NCBI GenBank assembly: GCA_038104845.1 | Contig: JAYOBJ010000003.1 | Coordinates: 15,598-79,597, forward strand | From: Methanobacteriota archaeon | GTDB taxonomy: Archaea; Thermoplasmatota; Poseidoniia; Poseidoniales; Poseidoniaceae | Direction of reading: 5' to 3' | Length of the DNA stretch: 64,000 nt | Notes under the pieces: model-generated | Told to the model about the DNA's origin: nothing | Seen by the model: the letters and a program-made list of their open reading frames with translations, nothing else | Databases searched by the model: none | Position numbers and translations under genes: made by a program | Shown: in pieces, positions 1 through 9,499 of the stretch | How positions within the stretch are numbered: the stretch's first letter is position 1 | Layout: the number at the start of each line of letters is the position of its first letter

Positions 1-81
1 GTTCGCACGGACCGGGACCGTGATGCACGGGCGAGCGCTCCAAACGATGCTTTATGTGGGAACGGTTGCCATTTATGCCTT

Positions 82-576
82 ATGAACGATGCACTGGATA
101 ACCACGACGAGGTGGACATGTACGCCTTGCTGGGCGTCGAAGCCAACCCAACACCGAGCACCGGTGGAGCAGTCAATGTCCACGACCCCTTGTCGGCATT
201 CATGGACGAGGAGGAGGAGGCGGTTGCGCCCAACGGTGCGTTTCCAGCCACACCTCACGTGGATGTGGCATCCCTGCTCACCACCTTGGTCCGTGACCTG
301 TTGGACGAAGAACGGCTCGACCACGCAGCGCCCGGCGCTCGCGCAGACATCGGAACCGTGCACGTTCACAAGGACCGTGAAGCGTACCATCTCTCTCTGA
401 TCGTCGACATGGGCGGGACGCCCATACGGCCGTTTGCTACGGTCCTTGACACCGCACAAGGCGTCCTTCCCCTGAACGCTCCCAGCGGCTTGCATCACCG
501 ATGGAAGCCGCTTTACGACACCTTGCAAAACACCTTGGTGCAGGCCCTTCGTCAGCACCGGTTGTCCGTCGCTTGA
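82..576 (+). CDS. hypothetical acidic protein (164 aa)
   Basis: Frame-1 ORF with codon usage typical of the window (GC-rich third positions). I recognise no family. The frame stays open to position 1, so the start could lie upstream. TTTATG at 51-56 sits about 28 nt before ATG 82. Confidence 0.45.
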   Translation: MNDALDNHDEVDMYALLGVEANPTPSTGGAVNVHDPLSAFMDEEEEAVAPNGAFPATPHVDVASLLTTLVRDLLDEERLDHAAPGARADIGTVHVHKDREAYHLSLIVDMGGTPIRPFATVLDTAQGVLPLNAPSGLHHRWKPLYDTLQNTLVQALRQHRLSVA

Positions 577-581
577 GCGCT

Positions 582-977
582 TCATTCCTCTGCGAGGGGG
601 TGGACTTCGACCTTCCAAGTGGTCGTGATGTCCTTGGCCATGGAATGCGAAACAGAACAATATTTTTCGTGGCTCTTGGCCACAATGCGCTCGGCAAGTT
701 TGAGCGGAACATCACCACGAATGTGGTACGTCATCGAGAACCCGATGAACCGGCGCGGGGTCGTTTCGGCCCGTGTTGAATCCAGTTCAACCCAAGCCGC
801 TTCAAGCGGTCGGTCCTTCATTCCGATGACGACGTCCACCAATGAGCATGCACCAACGGCTTGCAGGGCGATTTGCATGGGGGAGGGACCTTCTTTCCAA
901 TCGAGGGAAATCGGCTGCCCTGCTTCGTTCGTCGCCACCATGGACGTGCCGCCGGTCCACTCCACCTTGCTTCGCAT
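582..977 (-). CDS. osmC: OsmC/Ohr family peroxiredoxin-like protein
   Basis: 131 aa with the two-Cys OsmC pattern ('AVGACSLVD' and 'HEKYCSVSHS'). Length and fold pattern are typical of OsmC. Confidence 0.85.
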   Translation of the reverse strand: MRSKVEWTGGTSMVATNEAGQPISLDWKEGPSPMQIALQAVGACSLVDVVIGMKDRPLEAAWVELDSTRAETTPRRFIGFSMTYHIRGDVPLKLAERIVAKSHEKYCSVSHSMAKDITTTWKVEVHPLAEE

Positions 978-1026
978 GGAAGGACCATGAGCGGTTCATT
1001 CTTGAAGGAGCGGTCGGTCGCCGACG

Positions 1027-2262
1027 ATGAGCATCATGTCAGGCACACCCGTCACCATGAACAACGGCGCCCTGGTCGTTCCCAACGACCCGGTGATTCA
1101 CTACATCGAAGGCGACGGCATCGGGGTGGACATCACTCCCGTGATGACCGCCGTCGTTGACGCAGCTGTGGCCAAGGCCTACGGTGGTGAGAAATCCATC
1201 GTGTGGCGCGAGGTGCTCGCCGGTGAAAAGGCGTTCAATGCGACCGGCGAATGGCTGCCGCAAGCCACACTTGACGCCATGAAGTCCGGACTTGTGTCCA
1301 TCAAAGGGCCGTTGACGACCCCCGTCGGTGGCGGCATCCGCTCGCTCAACGTGGCGCTTCGGCAGAAGTTGGACCTGTACGCTTGTGTGCGTCCCGTGCG
1401 GTGGTACGACGGGACGCCTTCGCCCGTCAAGGCGCCCGGCGATGTCGACATGATCATCTTCCGAGAGAACAGCGAAGATGTGTACGCCGGCATCGAGTGG
1501 GAAGCCGGTTCCGAAGGCGTGAAGCGTGTCATTGAATTCCTCCAGAAGGAGATGGGGGTCGACAAAATTCGTTTCCCTGACACCTCGGGCATTGGCATCA
1601 AACCCGTTTCGCAAGAAGGCACCGCCCGCATTGTTCGTGCAGCCATCCAATACGCCATCGACAACGACAAGCCCAGCGTGACCCTCGTCCACAAAGGCAA
1701 CATCATGAAATTCACCGAAGGTGGCTTCCGTGATTGGGGTTACGCCCTCGCTCAGGATGAATTTGGTGCAACACCGCTTGATGGTGGACCTTGGTGCACC
1801 CTCAACAACCCCAAGACGGGCACCACCATCGTGATCAAAGACGTCATCGCCGACGCCATGCTGCAACAAATCATCACCCGTCCAGCCGAATACAGCGTGT
1901 TGGCCACGATGAACCTGAACGGCGATTACATCTCGGACGCTTTGGCCGCACAGGTGGGGGGGATCGGCATTGCCCCCGGTGCCAACATCAACTACGACAC
2001 GGGCATTTCCATCTTTGAAGCGACCCACGGGACCGCCCCCAAATACGCCGGCCAGGACAAAGTCAACCCCGGCTCGCTCATCCTCTCTGCAGAGATGATG
2101 CTGCGTCACATGGGATGGACCGAAGCCGCCGACCTCATCGTCAAGGGCATGGAAGGGGCCATCTCCAACAAAACCGTGACCTACGACTTTGAGCGTTTGA
2201 TGGACGACGCAACATTGCTGTCGTGCAGTGCGTTTGGCGAGGCGATGATCGCCCACATGTGA
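1027..2262 (+). CDS. icd: NADP-dependent isocitrate dehydrogenase
   Basis: 411 aa. Contains '[12 protein letters not shown]', '[18 protein letters not shown]', '[25 protein letters not shown]' and '[13 protein letters not shown]', the classic prokaryotic ICDH motifs. Confidence 0.95.
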   Translation: MSIMSGTPVTMNNGALVVPNDPVIHYIEGDGIGVDITPVMTAVVDAAVAKAYGGEKSIVWREVLAGEKAFNATGEWLPQATLDAMKSGLVSIKGPLTTPVGGGIRSLNVALRQKLDLYACVRPVRWYDGTPSPVKAPGDVDMIIFRENSEDVYAGIEWEAGSEGVKRVIEFLQKEMGVDKIRFPDTSGIGIKPVSQEGTARIVRAAIQYAIDNDKPSVTLVHKGNIMKFTEGGFRDWGYALAQDEFGATPLDGGPWCTLNNPKTGTTIVIKDVIADAMLQQIITRPAEYSVLATMNLNGDYISDALAAQVGGIGIAPGANINYDTGISIFEATHGTAPKYAGQDKVNPGSLILSAEMMLRHMGWTEAADLIVKGMEGAISNKTVTYDFERLMDDATLLSCSAFGEAMIAHM

Positions 2263-2282
2263 ACCACCGAGGCGGTGATCGC

Positions 2283-2648
2283 ATGGCGGCTTCGTACGAC
2301 GCCCGCTGGGTCAGCGTGAGAGGTGCTGAACCGCGAAAGTGGTGGGTCCGCATCAAGGCCAAGGTCGACACGGGGGCCAAGCGATGTTCCATCGACGCTG
2401 GGCTGGCTGAAGCGCTGGGCTTGGAACAGGTCGGGAGCGTCAGCGTCCGCAACGCCATGGGCCAGCAGGAACGCCCCCTCGTCGCCGCTCGAGTGCGCAT
2501 CGGACGCACCACGCACGACATCGAGATGACCGTGGCCGACCGGAGCCAACTCAAATGCCCCATGCTGCTGGGCAAAATGTTCCTCGACCGGGTGGAACTT
2601 CAACAACCCAACCTGCCCAAGAGCAAGGATTTCCCTCAATTTGTTTAG
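2283..2648 (+). CDS. retropepsin-like aspartic protease domain protein (RimB / PF05618-like)
   Basis: 'IKAKVDTGAKRCSIDAGLAEAL' (DTGA active-site signature) and C-terminal 'DRSQLKCPMLLGKMFL'. The first ATG after the icd stop is at 2283; the ORF track starts at 2223, inside icd. Confidence 0.6.
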   Translation: MAASYDARWVSVRGAEPRKWWVRIKAKVDTGAKRCSIDAGLAEALGLEQVGSVSVRNAMGQQERPLVAARVRIGRTTHDIEMTVADRSQLKCPMLLGKMFLDRVELQQPNLPKSKDFPQFV

Positions 2649-5600
2649 AGGCGCAACCACGCTTTCAACGTGCGATGGTTCTTGGTCACACTGAAGCCAA
2701 AGCGCTCTTCGATCGCACGGTCAAGGAGGGTGAAATCACCGTCCATGGTGGCCACCAAAATGCTGCCAATGTTGGGCAAGGCTTGTTCCGAAAGATGGAT
2801 GGCCAAACGGTAGATGTCAAGATCGGTTTCTTCAGGGTAGATGGCCCGGTCATCGATGGTCGTTCGGTACGTGATGCCACGGGCGTTCTTGACCTCGGTG
2901 AGGTCCTCGAACACGTCCTCGTGACGCTTGAAGAAGGTGTGCAGTTCTTCGGAGGCGTCCCGCATGTCGGCGAGCATCTCCGGCGATGCCTCCCAAGTGG
3001 CGTATTCATTGAGAACTTGGTCGACCAACGACAACATCACGTCCTCGGACAAGGCGTGGTCGAGCGCTGCCTGGTCCACCATGGCCCCGTGGAAGCGGTA
3101 GCGCAAGCGTTGGTCTTTGGCGAATTGCTTCAGTTCGCCGCGCACATCGATGGGAATCATCAGGTGAAGTTGGTCGGCCTTGGCGTGGTGGAGCAAAATG
3201 CGATGGAACCGGTTCATGCTCATGATATCGGTGTTGGTGCCGGCCACCAACTTGAGTTGCTGGTGCACCTTGTCGACAAGGGCATCCACCAAGACATTGG
3301 TGTCCACGATGACCAACGGATACAGTGGCAAATTGCGCAGGAACCGCCGTTTCTTTGTGGGAATGTCGTCCTTGTGTTGAGCGAAGAGCGTTGATTCCAC
3401 GCCGGCCAATCGCCGACGATCGGGCAGGGTGAATTTCGTGGTGTTCTGCGCCCGCTCGAGGTACATCAAACCTTCAAACGGCGAGGTTTCAGCGGCGTTT
3501 TTGGCGATCTCGTAGATCTCCGACATCGATGGCGAGCTGCCGTGCATCGCTTGTCGGAAGTGCTGCTCGTGCTCCTTCCTGGATCGGCGCAAATCTCGAC
3601 TGATGCGCGTGGAAGCGGCCGTCACCCGGCCGAGGAACGGTTCGGGCGGAAGGAGGTGGGCTTTGTCGAACGGGTAGTTCTTCAGCAGGTCCAATTCTTC
3701 TTCGTTGTACACCGTGCGGTGTTTCACCACGACGTTGCCCTCGTCGTCTTCTTCCTCATACGGCACACGGGTTTGGAGATGGTTTCGAATCAACAACATG
3801 GCCTTGTCGGTGTCGGATCCAACCGTATGGCACACCTTCAGGTAGAGTTTGAAGCGTTCCGTGATCGCCGTCTTGAGCGCCGGCACCCGCTCCATGAGGT
3901 CCACCGCCTCCGACCAGTGTTGGGCATGGGCGAAGTGGATGAGGGATTTGCGGTACAGGGCCAACGGCAGGGCCAACGCTGAATCGTCGTCTTCGGTGTT
4001 GTCCTCGGACTCACCGAAGCCAGCCTTGCTGAAGGCTTCGGCGGCTCGCATGTATTCCCGTGCCGAGTTCAATTCGTCGCCGTTGGCGGCGAACAATGCC
4101 GCCCGAGCCAACGGTGCCCACGACGACAAGGGGGCGTGGTGCTGATACCATTCGACCAAATGCGGCAAACCCAAGTCGTGCTCCAGCACGAGGAACGAGA
4201 ACGAATCGATGAGGCGCATGGGAAGGGCCGGATGCTTCACGATGGCATCGATGACATCAACGGAGCCCCCTTTGGCCATCCCGATTTGATGTTCCTGGAT
4301 GAAGCCGTTCATTCGAAGCGTCAACACAATGACCTCAAACAAACGGCGTTCGATGACATCGAGGTCCAACTCGTCGAGTTGCTTCTCAAGGTTGCGCAGG
4401 TTGGTCGCGCTCACCACCCCGTCACCGGTGAGGGCCCTGCTGATGGGAGAAAACGCACGAAGGGCAGGTAAATTGAGCACTTCGGCAAGTTCCGGGGTTT
4501 CCTTGTAGATGCCTTCCATCAACAGCAGCAGGTGTTCAGACAGCGGCGAGAAGGCGTCGGGCAAGTCGGCCCCGTGTATGGCTTGGATGGCGTGGCGTCG
4601 AACGGTGTTGAGGGGCCTGGACCAGGCGGCGTGCATGGAAGCGGGTGCCAGATGGGCCACCAAAAGCGCAAAGTGAGGAGCCGCGTTGGCCAACTCCTCG
4701 CTGGCGGTGAAGAGGTGGGCCAGACGTTCCAAGTCGAGCGCACCGGTCAACAACGGCAAGGCCACGGTGGCGTCTGAAAGCGAGGCATCGTCACCCGTGT
4801 CCGCCAGACGTTGGGCTGCGGTCAGCCTCAGCGACGAACTGAGGCCTTCGTGCAGGAGGATCGACCGACAGGCGTCGGGTTCCAACGTGCTGAGGTGCTG
4901 GTGCAACCAAGCGTCGGCTCGCTCGTCGTTGAGGTCGACGATCACCGGCAACAAGGCCTCCACATCGGACCCGGCGTCGAGCGAAAGGGACAACAACACC
5001 TCAATCGCTTCGTCTTTCGCACCCTCCCGTCGGAACGCGTTCAACCGCCACCACACCAAACGGTCGTCTTGAAGCGTCACGTCCGCTGATGCCAAACGCT
5101 CGAGCCCTTGGGTCAGCCGTTCAGCCGACAGGTGCTCCGCTTCATCCGGAGCGTGTTGCCAAGCGAGCAGCAGACGAGCGGCGTTCAGACCGTCACCGTC
5201 GTCGAGGGCGAGCACACCGTCCCAGTCCACCACGTCTCCCATCGAGAGACGCTGGTGGTCCATCAGGTCGTCGTGCAACGTGGAATCGCTGGCTTGAGCT
5301 GCGTTCCAGACCGCATCGGGCACGGCATCTCCGCCGTGCAGGAGCAGGTAAAGCGGGACAAACGACAGGTCATCACCGAGGCCCAAGAGCGCCTCGTCCA
5401 CCACCACCTTCCGACCGGCGCTGACTTGGGAGGCCACGCGTTGCAACGCCACCTTGGCATCGGCGGAAGGCGCTGCGTCGACGGCTGCGTTCAGCAATCG
5501 GCCCAGGGCTTCCGCATCGGAGGGATCGAAGCGAAGCAGGGACGCATCGAGGGAGGCTGCAGCCGTTGCTTTGGCGCGCTTGGCTTTCGGGAAGGCAAGG

Positions 5601-6064
5601 AACTGCGCGAGCAACGGAGTCTTCTCACCGATGAGGTGCCACACAGGGTCCACGCCCTCCTCGAGGCACGAGGCGCGCAACGACTGCTCGGTGGCGTTCC
5701 ACGCCTCATCCCAGTTGTCGGCGTCGAGTTGCTTGTGCACCAGCAGGGCCGCCAGTTGGAAGGCCACGCTGTACGGGGCATCTTCGATGATCTCGGCGGG
5801 CGAGGGCAACCAACTCATGTGAGGCGGGCCGGCGTTCCGACCGCTTCGCCGGGTTCGACCTCGAGGACGGGCCATGGCCGGTCGAGCGGGGCTGTCGTCC
5901 TCCTCGGCCGCAGGCGGTTCTTCTTCACGGACGGCGATGATGACCATGGCACGGAGCGGCTTGTGCTTGCTCAACAAGTCCCACTCAGCTGTTTTGCTGA
6001 CCCGTGCCTGACGCACGTTGGGTGAAGCGGGGCGTTCAAACGCCGCGTTGAGGCACGATTCCAT
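2645..6064 (-). CDS. large helical-repeat protein with C-terminal PIN-domain nuclease
   Basis: The last ~230 aa carry PIN acidic motifs: 'LVIVDTNVLVD', 'DVRGELKQF', 'EETDLDIY', 'VATMDGDF'. The ~900-aa N-terminal part is Leu/Ala/Asp-rich and helical. The ORF is open to 6289, but that extension is Arg/Gly/Pro junk facing the divergent gene. ATG 6064 (MESCLN) is chosen. Later Met codons (MARPRG, MSWLPSP) are also possible. Confidence 0.7.
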   Translation of the reverse strand: MESCLNAAFERPASPNVRQARVSKTAEWDLLSKHKPLRAMVIIAVREEEPPAAEEDDSPARPAMARPRGRTRRSGRNAGPPHMSWLPSPAEIIEDAPYSVAFQLAALLVHKQLDADNWDEAWNATEQSLRASCLEEGVDPVWHLIGEKTPLLAQFLAFPKAKRAKATAAASLDASLLRFDPSDAEALGRLLNAAVDAAPSADAKVALQRVASQVSAGRKVVVDEALLGLGDDLSFVPLYLLLHGGDAVPDAVWNAAQASDSTLHDDLMDHQRLSMGDVVDWDGVLALDDGDGLNAARLLLAWQHAPDEAEHLSAERLTQGLERLASADVTLQDDRLVWWRLNAFRREGAKDEAIEVLLSLSLDAGSDVEALLPVIVDLNDERADAWLHQHLSTLEPDACRSILLHEGLSSSLRLTAAQRLADTGDDASLSDATVALPLLTGALDLERLAHLFTASEELANAAPHFALLVAHLAPASMHAAWSRPLNTVRRHAIQAIHGADLPDAFSPLSEHLLLLMEGIYKETPELAEVLNLPALRAFSPISRALTGDGVVSATNLRNLEKQLDELDLDVIERRLFEVIVLTLRMNGFIQEHQIGMAKGGSVDVIDAIVKHPALPMRLIDSFSFLVLEHDLGLPHLVEWYQHHAPLSSWAPLARAALFAANGDELNSAREYMRAAEAFSKAGFGESEDNTEDDDSALALPLALYRKSLIHFAHAQHWSEAVDLMERVPALKTAITERFKLYLKVCHTVGSDTDKAMLLIRNHLQTRVPYEEEDDEGNVVVKHRTVYNEEELDLLKNYPFDKAHLLPPEPFLGRVTAASTRISRDLRRSRKEHEQHFRQAMHGSSPSMSEIYEIAKNAAETSPFEGLMYLERAQNTTKFTLPDRRRLAGVESTLFAQHKDDIPTKKRRFLRNLPLYPLVIVDTNVLVDALVDKVHQQLKLVAGTNTDIMSMNRFHRILLHHAKADQLHLMIPIDVRGELKQFAKDQRLRYRFHGAMVDQAALDHALSEDVMLSLVDQVLNEYATWEASPEMLADMRDASEELHTFFKRHEDVFEDLTEVKNARGITYRTTIDDRAIYPEETDLDIYRLAIHLSEQALPNIGSILVATMDGDFTLLDRAIEERFGFSVTKNHRTLKAWLRL

Positions 6065-6204
6065 GTACGCTTCCACCGTGTCCACCCCCTGCGCATGCTG
6101 TGGCCCCCATCCTGTTGATTTCAACCCACCGATGCGAGGCGTTGGACGGTGAGTCCGACACATACTTCCTTGAACTCCGCCCCTCTTTGCCGACCGTTGG
6201 TCCC

Positions 6205-6678
6205 ATGGAACTCGTGCCCGCCATCGCTCTCCTCCTCCACCCCGTTCTGGCAACGGGGCTCGTGGTTTGGGTGTGGTGGCAGTACACATGGCGGCGAACC
6301 TCGAAGGAATTGAAGGGCGAGGAACGCCTTGCCCACCGGACCCGGCACGAAGTCAACGGCGAGCGGTTGCTGATCGCCACCGGTGCGGTCATCCTCATCG
6401 CCTTCGCCGGCCGCATGGTCAACGGCTGGTACACTGAAGGCAGCGTCTGGGCGGACATTTGGCCGCAATCGCTGCACGGCTACATGGGGCCGCTCGGGTT
6501 TGCCCTGTTGGTGGCGCTCTCGCGGTTTGGGCGCGAGGCAAAGACGCTGCGCGAGGAAGGCGAATCCTACACCTTAGCGAAGACCAAACACGGTCGAGCG
6601 GCTGACCTCGTCGTTTATCTGGTGTTCATTCACGCCTTCATGGGCTTCATCTACACCTTCGACCTGTTCCTGGCATGA
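6205..6678 (+). CDS. hypothetical integral membrane protein (about 4 TM)
   Basis: Hydrophobic helices 'LVPAIALLLHPVLATGLVVWVWW', 'LLIATGAVILIAFAG', 'GPLGFALLVAL' and 'LVVYLVFIHAFMGFIY'. ATG 6205 is preferred over the upstream start at 6100. Confidence 0.55.
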   Translation: MELVPAIALLLHPVLATGLVVWVWWQYTWRRTSKELKGEERLAHRTRHEVNGERLLIATGAVILIAFAGRMVNGWYTEGSVWADIWPQSLHGYMGPLGFALLVALSRFGREAKTLREEGESYTLAKTKHGRAADLVVYLVFIHAFMGFIYTFDLFLA

Positions 6679-6813
6679 TCACGGTTGCATCGCTGTCCTC
6701 CCAAACGGTGGACGAACGGTGTGAAAGCGATATGGGAGAGCGCCTGCGGCCCCTGAAGTCAGGGCCGTCAGGGCTGCCTCGGGTCAAGGCGGGTGCGACC
6801 ATCCAAGACAGTG

Positions 6814-6822
6814 ATATAAAAA
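6814..6822 (+). promoter_or_regulatory. TATA-like box (ATATAAAAA) about 27 nt upstream of ATG 6845
   Basis: This is the only AT-rich block in the 6679-6844 intergenic region. The spacing fits an archaeal promoter producing a leaderless or near-leaderless mRNA. Confidence 0.3.
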
Positions 6823-6844
6823 CGGGAAATTTTTCGGTCAACGC

Positions 6845-9175
6845 ATGGAAGGTGCCACGGACCCCAAAATGCTCGAAGGTCGAGCCTTTTACCGCCTTGG
6901 TGAACTCATCCACGACCGGAAGAACGTCATGATGGCCTTCGGCCTTGTGTCGTGCGTTCTCATGGCGAGCCTCATGACCATCGGCGCCGATTGGGCCGAA
7001 GGGTTCGGCGAGGACGATGTGGAATCCGTGGAAGCGTTTTCACTCATCAACGAACGCTTCACCACCTCGGAAAACGACTCGGGGCAATCCTTCCGCTACG
7101 TCGTTCACCATCCCAGCCTCAACGACACCACGGATGCGTGGCAAGCCGCCGTGCGCGACGCGCTGACGACACTGGAAGCGCATGAGGACGTCAACATCGT
7201 CTATTCGTGGGACGTGGACGACGTGGACCGCGAAGACGTCGCCGCCACCACCGAGGACGGCCACTACGCCATCAACGTGGTTGAATTCCAAACCAACCGG
7301 AAGGAGGCCAAAGCCATCCTCGCCGACCTTCACGAGACGATCGCCATCGAGAACGGGTTCGACGGCTATGCGACCGACGGCATCGCCATCGACTGGACCT
7401 TTGACGACCGGATCAAAAACGACCTCATCAAGGCCGAACTGATTTCGGGACCCTTGTCGCTCTTCATTCTCGGCTTGGTGTTCGGCTCCATCGTTGCGGC
7501 GTTGTTGCCGGTGGGCGTGGGCATCGGTACGGTCATCGCCGCCATCGGCATGACCGTCTGGCTGTCCAACGTCACGGACGTCACGGTGTATGCGACCAAC
7601 ATCATCTCGCTCATCGGCATCGGCGTTTCCATCGATTACTCGCTCTTCCTCGTCAACCGGTTCCGAGAGGAATTGGATCGGGGCCGAGACGTCCGGACCG
7701 CCACCGCCATGAGTTGCGCCACGGCTGGAAAGGCGGTGTTCTACTCGGGCATCACGGTCGCCATCGGCTTGATGGGCATGCTGTTCTTCACCAACACGTC
7801 CCTGCCCTCCTTGGGCATCGGCGGCACCATCGCCGTGTCCATCGCCATGGTGTACTCCACCATCGTTCTCCCGGCGGTCATGGCTCATCTGGGCCATCGC
7901 GTCAACAAGTGGAAAATCCCGTTTGCGCTCGACATGAGCGCCAAAGACGACGGGGTCTGGGCCCGAATCGCCAAGAGCGTCATGGACCGGCCTTGGGCCG
8001 TGCTCATCCCGACCTTGGTGCTGCTCATCGGTGCCGGTGTGCCGTTCGCTTACGCTGAATTTTCTCTCTCTTCGTGGAAAGCGCTTCCGCCAGAGGACGA
8101 ATCGCGCATGGGCATGGAGATCATCGACGAGGTGTGGCCCGACCAGGCCGCCAACTCGGTGTTTTTGGTCATCGACACCGACGGCGCTGACCCCCTCAAC
8201 GAGACAAACCTCCGCCTCCAACACGCCTACATCACCGACCTGTTGGGTGACGAACGGGTGAGCGGGGGCATCGGGGTCGGCTTACCCGACCCGAGCATGA
8301 ACGCGACGCAGGTGGTGCAATTCTGGCAGGCGCCGGACGAGTTCTTGCCGCCAGAACAGGTGGCCATCCGCGAGAGCTTGCGCACGGCACTGGTGGGCAA
8401 CAACGCCACGATGATCTCGTTGCAACTCGAAGGCGCCCAGACCAGCGTGGATTCACGCGAAACCGTCGAAGACATCCGGGACGAACGCGACGCGTTCCTT
8501 GCGTCGTTGACCGGTGACGACGACCGGTTGTTGGTGGCAGGGTTCGCTGCCTACAACGCCGACAACCTCGACGCCATCGCCGACAACCTGCCGCGGGCGC
8601 TGGCCTTCATCCTGATCGCCACCATGCTGCTCATCTTCATCCAAGTTCGCTCGGTCGTCATCCCCGTGAAGGCCATCGCCATGAACATCCTGTCCATCTC
8701 CGCATCCTTCGGCATGCTGGTCTGGGTGTTCCAGTGGGGGTACGGCGCCGACCTGCTCAACTTCACGCCCCAACCCATCGATTCGGGCAACCCCGTCATC
8801 ATGTTCTGCATCGTGTTCGGTCTGTCCATGGACTACGAGGTGCTGATGTTGTCGCGCATCCACGAGGAATGGGAACGAACCGGGGACAACACCGCAGCGG
8901 TGGCGCAGGGTCTGCAAAAAACCGGTGGCCTCATCACGGGAGCAGCGGCGATCATGGTGGTGGTCTTCAGCGCCTTTGGCCTCTCGTCCATCATCATCCT
9001 CAAGCAAATCGGTCTGGGGCTTGCCCTTGCCATCTTCATCGATGCCACCTTGGTCCGTGCTCTGGTGGTCCCCTCCACGATGCGGCTGATGGGCAAGTGG
9101 AACTGGTGGTCGCCGGCCTTCCTCGGGGGGTCGTCGCACCCTCAACCGTTACACGACACCACCGACGACGAATGA
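6845..9175 (+). CDS. MMPL/RND-superfamily membrane transporter
   Basis: 776 aa with two 6-TM bundles, each following a large soluble loop. 'GIGVSIDYSLFLVNRFREEL' and 'GLSMDYEVLMLSRIHEEW' are typical MMPL signatures. Confidence 0.85.
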   Translation: MEGATDPKMLEGRAFYRLGELIHDRKNVMMAFGLVSCVLMASLMTIGADWAEGFGEDDVESVEAFSLINERFTTSENDSGQSFRYVVHHPSLNDTTDAWQAAVRDALTTLEAHEDVNIVYSWDVDDVDREDVAATTEDGHYAINVVEFQTNRKEAKAILADLHETIAIENGFDGYATDGIAIDWTFDDRIKNDLIKAELISGPLSLFILGLVFGSIVAALLPVGVGIGTVIAAIGMTVWLSNVTDVTVYATNIISLIGIGVSIDYSLFLVNRFREELDRGRDVRTATAMSCATAGKAVFYSGITVAIGLMGMLFFTNTSLPSLGIGGTIAVSIAMVYSTIVLPAVMAHLGHRVNKWKIPFALDMSAKDDGVWARIAKSVMDRPWAVLIPTLVLLIGAGVPFAYAEFSLSSWKALPPEDESRMGMEIIDEVWPDQAANSVFLVIDTDGADPLNETNLRLQHAYITDLLGDERVSGGIGVGLPDPSMNATQVVQFWQAPDEFLPPEQVAIRESLRTALVGNNATMISLQLEGAQTSVDSRETVEDIRDERDAFLASLTGDDDRLLVAGFAAYNADNLDAIADNLPRALAFILIATMLLIFIQVRSVVIPVKAIAMNILSISASFGMLVWVFQWGYGADLLNFTPQPIDSGNPVIMFCIVFGLSMDYEVLMLSRIHEEWERTGDNTAAVAQGLQKTGGLITGAAAIMVVVFSAFGLSSIIILKQIGLGLALAIFIDATLVRALVVPSTMRLMGKWNWWSPAFLGGSSHPQPLHDTTDDE

Positions 9176-9224
9176 GCATCGGTGAGGACCGAACACTCAA
9201 AAGGAAACGGCACGAGGATGATTC

Positions 9225-9491
9225 ATGTCCGATGCTCGAACGCTCAAGAAGATGAAGAAGCTTCTTACTCGCGTTGAAAAGCACATCGAGACCTCTCGGG
9301 ACGCCCTCGAGGACCTCGAAATTGAGTTTGAAGTCCTCAAGGCGACCGTGAACCGGCTCAAACCGAAGAACGTCACCGTTCAACCCGAAGCCGAGGCCGA
9401 CGAAGAAGCCGGCGACATCGAAACGGTGGAGGCCGAGGAAATGACCATTGAACACTCCTCGTCCAACACCACGTCGGTACCGAAGTTCTGA
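9225..9491 (+). CDS. small coiled-coil/acidic hypothetical protein (88 aa)
   Basis: GAGGA lies 6 nt upstream of the ATG. The basic-helical N-terminus is followed by an acidic tail. No family recognised. Confidence 0.45.
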   Translation: MSDARTLKKMKKLLTRVEKHIETSRDALEDLEIEFEVLKATVNRLKPKNVTVQPEAEADEEAGDIETVEAEEMTIEHSSSNTTSVPKF

Positions 9492-9499
9492 ACAAGGCC

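Noticed and set aside
73-660. 195-aa minus-strand ORF overlapping both the 82-576 ORF and the osmC 3' end.
   Set aside because: The product is Arg/Gly/His-rich junk and it overlaps osmC in the same orientation. The plus-strand ORF has the window's normal codon pattern.
1039-2256. 405-aa ORF antisense to icd. Similar long antisense ORFs occur at 7040-8224, 15417-16448, 17151-19409, 21307-22698, 25714-27210, 31779-32732, 35256-36377, 37481-38524, 44660-45706, 46465-47439 and 49698-50867.
   Set aside because: Each lies opposite a gene with strong family motifs. Their products are Arg/Gly/His/Val-rich with no motifs. Stop-codon depletion on the antisense strand is expected in GC-rich DNA.
6065-6289. 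75-codon N-terminal extension of the PIN-protein ORF.
   Set aside because: The extension reads 'PKPRAPLPERGGGGERWRARVPW...', which is low-complexity. It runs into the divergent membrane-protein gene region, so an internal ATG is more plausible.
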